In this document: piece after piece, positions 60,743-64,000 of the stretch
How positions within the stretch are numbered: position 1 is the first letter of the stretch
Layout of the letters: each line of letters begins with the position of its first letter
Source of the DNA: Kondoa subrosea
Taxonomy: Eukaryota
DNA length: 64,000 nucleotides
NCBI GenBank assembly: GCA_039545335.1
Contig: BCIN01000003.1
Coordinates: 1,561,941-1,625,940 of the forward strand
Direction: 5' to 3'
Program-made: the position numbers and the translations under genes
The notes under the pieces: model-generated
What the model saw: only the letters and a program-made list of their open reading frames with translations
What the model was told of the DNA's origin: nothing
Databases searched by the model: none

Positions 60743-63242
60743 ATGCAGACACTGAAGATAAAGCGAAAGAATCCGACACTGGATGATTCAGAAGTTGTAT
60801 GTGTTTGGGCGCTCGAGCATGTTCTCGCAATACTGAGTCTCTGTGCAGATGGATCTGGTCAATCAATTCAAGTAGGGGCCTAACACTGCTCTGCTTTTTA
60901 CAAAGCTGAGCTGGCTGTACGGACCTACAGCTCGCTGACGACCGAGAATGCAACTTCGTTATCGAAACCTGAAGTCTCTAAAGCTTTCACAGCTCACAAT
61001 TTCACTTACGATGAAGTAAGGGAAGCGATGAAGAATATTGGTGATGCTTCAGGTCGAGTAGATGTCGAAGAGTTTGCCGAATTGTATGCCAAGTTGAAAG
61101 ATGGTGCTGGTGGGAATACAACTCAAGCTAAAGCTGGGAAAGTGAAATTGGGTGGTTCGACTGCTAGCTCGGCTCATACGGTCAATGAGGACGAAAGGAC
61201 CGAGTTTACCAGGCATATTAATATGGTTCGTCTGAATCTGGCCTTGAAGCTTCGCTTCTGAGTGCTGATTGGTACGGACAGGTACTTGAAGGGGATAAGG
61301 ACGTGGGATCTCGTGTACCTATTCCAACAGATACTATGCAAATCTTCGACGAATGCAAAGGTGAGCAATCGCTTGGTGGCTTTTGCTGAGGCAAATTGAC
61401 TGGCGGATATGTCCATAGACGGCTTGATTCTCTCCAAGCTCATTAACGACTCTGTTGCGGACACTATCGACGAACGAGTACTCAACAAACCAGCCAGCTC
61501 ATCCCTCAAAACCACAACACCAGGTCACAAACGTGGTCCTTCACTAGGAGGCAAAGGAGCAGGTCTCAACAATTTCCAAATGACAGAAAACAACAACATT
61601 GTCATCGCTTCAGCAAAAGGCATAGGTTGTTCCGTAGTCAATATTGGTCCAACGGATTTATCAAACGGAACTGAACATTTGATCTTGGGTTTGATTTGGC
61701 AAATCATTCGAAGAGGTTTACTCAGTAAAATCGATATCAAATTACATCCAGAACTGTATCGACTTCTGGAAGATGATGAAACGCTCGAACAATTCTTGAG
61801 ATTACCTCCTGATCAAATCTTGTTGAGGTGGTTCAACTATCACTTGAAAGCCGCAGGCCATCAAAGAAGGTTCGTACATCACATTTGACTCCAGCCTCGT
61901 GCTGATCTCATTGTTTGTTTCGAACAGAGTCGCCAACTTTGGCAAAGACGTTCAAGATGGAGAAAATTATACTATCCTTCTACATCAGCTTAAACCAGCT
62001 GAATGCTCAAAGAATCCATTGCAAGAACGAGATCTGCTTAAAAGAGCAGAACAGGTTTGTCCCAGATCAACAAATTTTGAGACTGTTTCTCATCCTATCG
62101 TATTCGGGTCCAAACAGGTCCTTCAAAACGCTGATAGAATAGGCTGTCGCAAGTATTTGACACCAACAGCTATGGTTGCTGGAAATCCGAAATTGAACTT
62201 GGCTTTCGTTGCGCATTTGTTCAACACTTGGCCCGGACTAGAGGTGCGCACTCGAATCTCTTCACGGTCCTTCTATACCTTTAGGCTGATTTGTATATGC
62301 ACAGGCATTGGAAGAAAGCGAGAAACCAGTCATCGAGGAATTCGACGCGGAAGGAGAAAGAGAAGCTCGTGTCTTTACACTTTGGCTCAACAGCTTGAAC
62401 GTCGAACCTGCTGTATATGATCTTTTTGAGAATTTGAAGGTCAGGACCACTACAATTCTGTGCCTTTGGGGACTGAATGTTCTGTGGAATTGACAGGACG
62501 GAACAATCCTGCTGCAAGCTTTCGATAAAGTTATTCCTGGAACAGTGGCCTGGAGGAGGACAACCAAACGCAAACCACAAACTGATCCAGATGAACCTGC
62601 ACCGGAACTTTCTCGATTCAAAGCAGTAGAAAACACGAACTATTCAGTCGAATTGGCTAAAGCGAATCATATGTCCATGGTTGGGATTCAAGGAGCTGAT
62701 ATAGTGGACGGATCAAAGACTTTGACTCTTGGTCTGGTTTGGCAATTGATGAGAAAGAATGTGGTTGCTACTTTGGCTAGTCTATCTAAAGGTGGAAAAG
62801 AAGTAACCGACTCTGATATCGTCAAGTGGGCAAACGAGAAAGTCAAGTCTGCTGGAAAGAAATCGAGCATGCGCAGCTTCAAAGATCCTGCAATCAAGGA
62901 CGCTGTATTTTGGTTGGATCTGCTTGATGCGATGAAACCTGGCTATGTCGACTATGATCTGATTCAGTCCGGTAATACTGAAGAGGGATGCAAGAACAAT
63001 GGTGAGCGAGGCGAAAGATTTTTCAGTCAAAAGCTGATTATATTCTTGCTTTGTTTTACAGCTCGTCTCGCTATCTCAATTGCTAGAAAGATTGGCACTA
63101 CTATTTTTGTGGTACCCGAAGATCTGATCGAGTTGCGAACAAAGTTGATCATGACATTTGCTGGGTGAGCAGAGGAATACTTAGGAATCGATCGCGGCTG
63201 AATGCTACTCTTCACAGTGCGCTCATGGCAGTCCAGAGCTAG
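60743..63242 (+). CDS. SAC6: Fimbrin/plastin actin-bundling protein
   Basis: HTVNEDERTEFTRHIN, HLILGLIWQIIRRGLL, FDAEGEREARVFTLWLNSL, LGLVWQLMR, AISIARKIG; four CH domains. Confidence 0.97.
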
Positions 63243-63391
63243 TCAGAATAGAGGGTAAAGAACAGGCTGTAATTAACATTTGTACCAAAACAGAAAGAAT
63301 GAACTTGAAAGGACAATCAAAATGCTTGGAATGCAATGCGTTTACAAGTACATAATACAAATGTCGAGAATCAGTACAGGTTACTTCAGTG

Positions 63392-64000
63392 TTACTTCGA
63401 CTGCGAATTTGCGAGCTTAATACCCAGACTTGACTTCGAGCTTGAGGCAGTAGGGTTGAGGAACGGATCACGAGCGTAGCTAGCTGATAGCAGTAATCTA
63501 TTGCTCAAGGAGTCGACTGCAGTCTTACGTTTCTTTTCAGGCGGAGCTTCTAACAGCTTGACTCTGGACTTCTTGTTCAGTGAAGGTGTTGCCGAGCCCG
63601 AAGGCAAACCCATCTCAGCTTCTATTCGTCTTCTCTTCCGCTTTTCGTCTGAGTCAGCTCCAACGATCTTGCGCTGCTCTTGCTTCCAAATGGCTGCCGC
63701 TTTATCCCGCTCTTCTACTGTATCATCTTCCAGTAGGAGATTACTCGGCAACCCAAATCTCCCTCGAACTGCATCATCATCCGCATCCCGGATGTTTCTC
63801 TCTTTCTTATCCGCTCGGAAGGTGGTTCTTAGCTTTTTTGAAAGTTCGTAAGGATCAGCCCATCTTTCTTGCTGAAGTGCTTGCATCTGTTCCAGTCGGA
63901 CAGCGGCAGTAGCAGCATTCTGTTTGTCTGTTACAGCCTTCTCGACACTTGCTAAAGGATCTGGTGGTGCATTACTGTCCTTTTGATCTGTTTGCGAGAT
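63392..64000 (-). CDS. CCDC130/Saf4/Yju2-family splicing factor, 3' part only
   Basis: DPLASVEK, DPYELSKKLRTTFRADKK; continues beyond the window end. Confidence 0.7.
   Translation of the reverse strand: MSQTDQKDSNAPPDPLASVEKAVTDKQNAATAAVRLEQMQALQQERWADPYELSKKLRTTFRADKKERNIRDADDDAVRGRFGLPSNLLLEDDTVEERDKAAAIWKQEQRKIVGADSDEKRKRRRIEAEMGLPSGSATPSLNKKSRVKLLEAPPEKKRKTAVDSLSNRLLLSASYARDPFLNPTASSSKSSLGIKLANSQSK

Noticed and set aside
1..64000. CRISPR arrays, tRNA/rRNA, U12 introns, TGA-CTA readthrough signals, transposases
   Set aside because: None recognised by eye; covariance-model and repeat-library searches would be needed to exclude small RNAs and old elements.

Overview
Gene-dense, intron-rich eukaryotic DNA from a fungus. 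Short (~45-70 nt) GT-AG introns with CTRAC/CTAAY-like branch points and the gene content point to a basidiomycete; finer taxonomy cannot be established from this window. About 29 spliced protein-coding genes can be reconstructed by hand; CDS coordinates are start-to-stop spans including introns, and exon boundaries are manual predictions. Recognisable genes: NUS1, complex I NDUFB10-like subunit (missed by the ORF track), ABCC transporter, AP-3 mu, coatomer zeta, insulysin/Ste23, RFA1, Asi-type RING ligase, two inverted hemerythrin (HHE) paralogs, haloacid dehalogenase-like HAD, GPATCH11-like, compact PI-PLC, ERT1/AcuK, a Cys-rich secreted protein, thiol/halide methyltransferase, PRKRIP1, TRM112, DUF1765, F-box/WD, tRNase Z, UBC6, an SDR, NEM1, Pmp3, fimbrin and partial CCDC130/Saf4. 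Most notable: (1) a codon-constrained, AUG-less N-terminal extension in both hemerythrin paralogs, with similar near-cognate presequence-like extensions on the methyltransferase and tRNase Z; (2) a 2-nt micro-exon conserved in both hemerythrins; (3) a ~3.2-kb insert (Cys-rich gene plus GPN2 pseudogene) flanked by a ~200-bp direct duplication; (4) an F-box ORF whose first ATG lies 15 nt after the tRNase Z stop, in frame. No rRNA, tRNA, CRISPR array or transposase was recognised.
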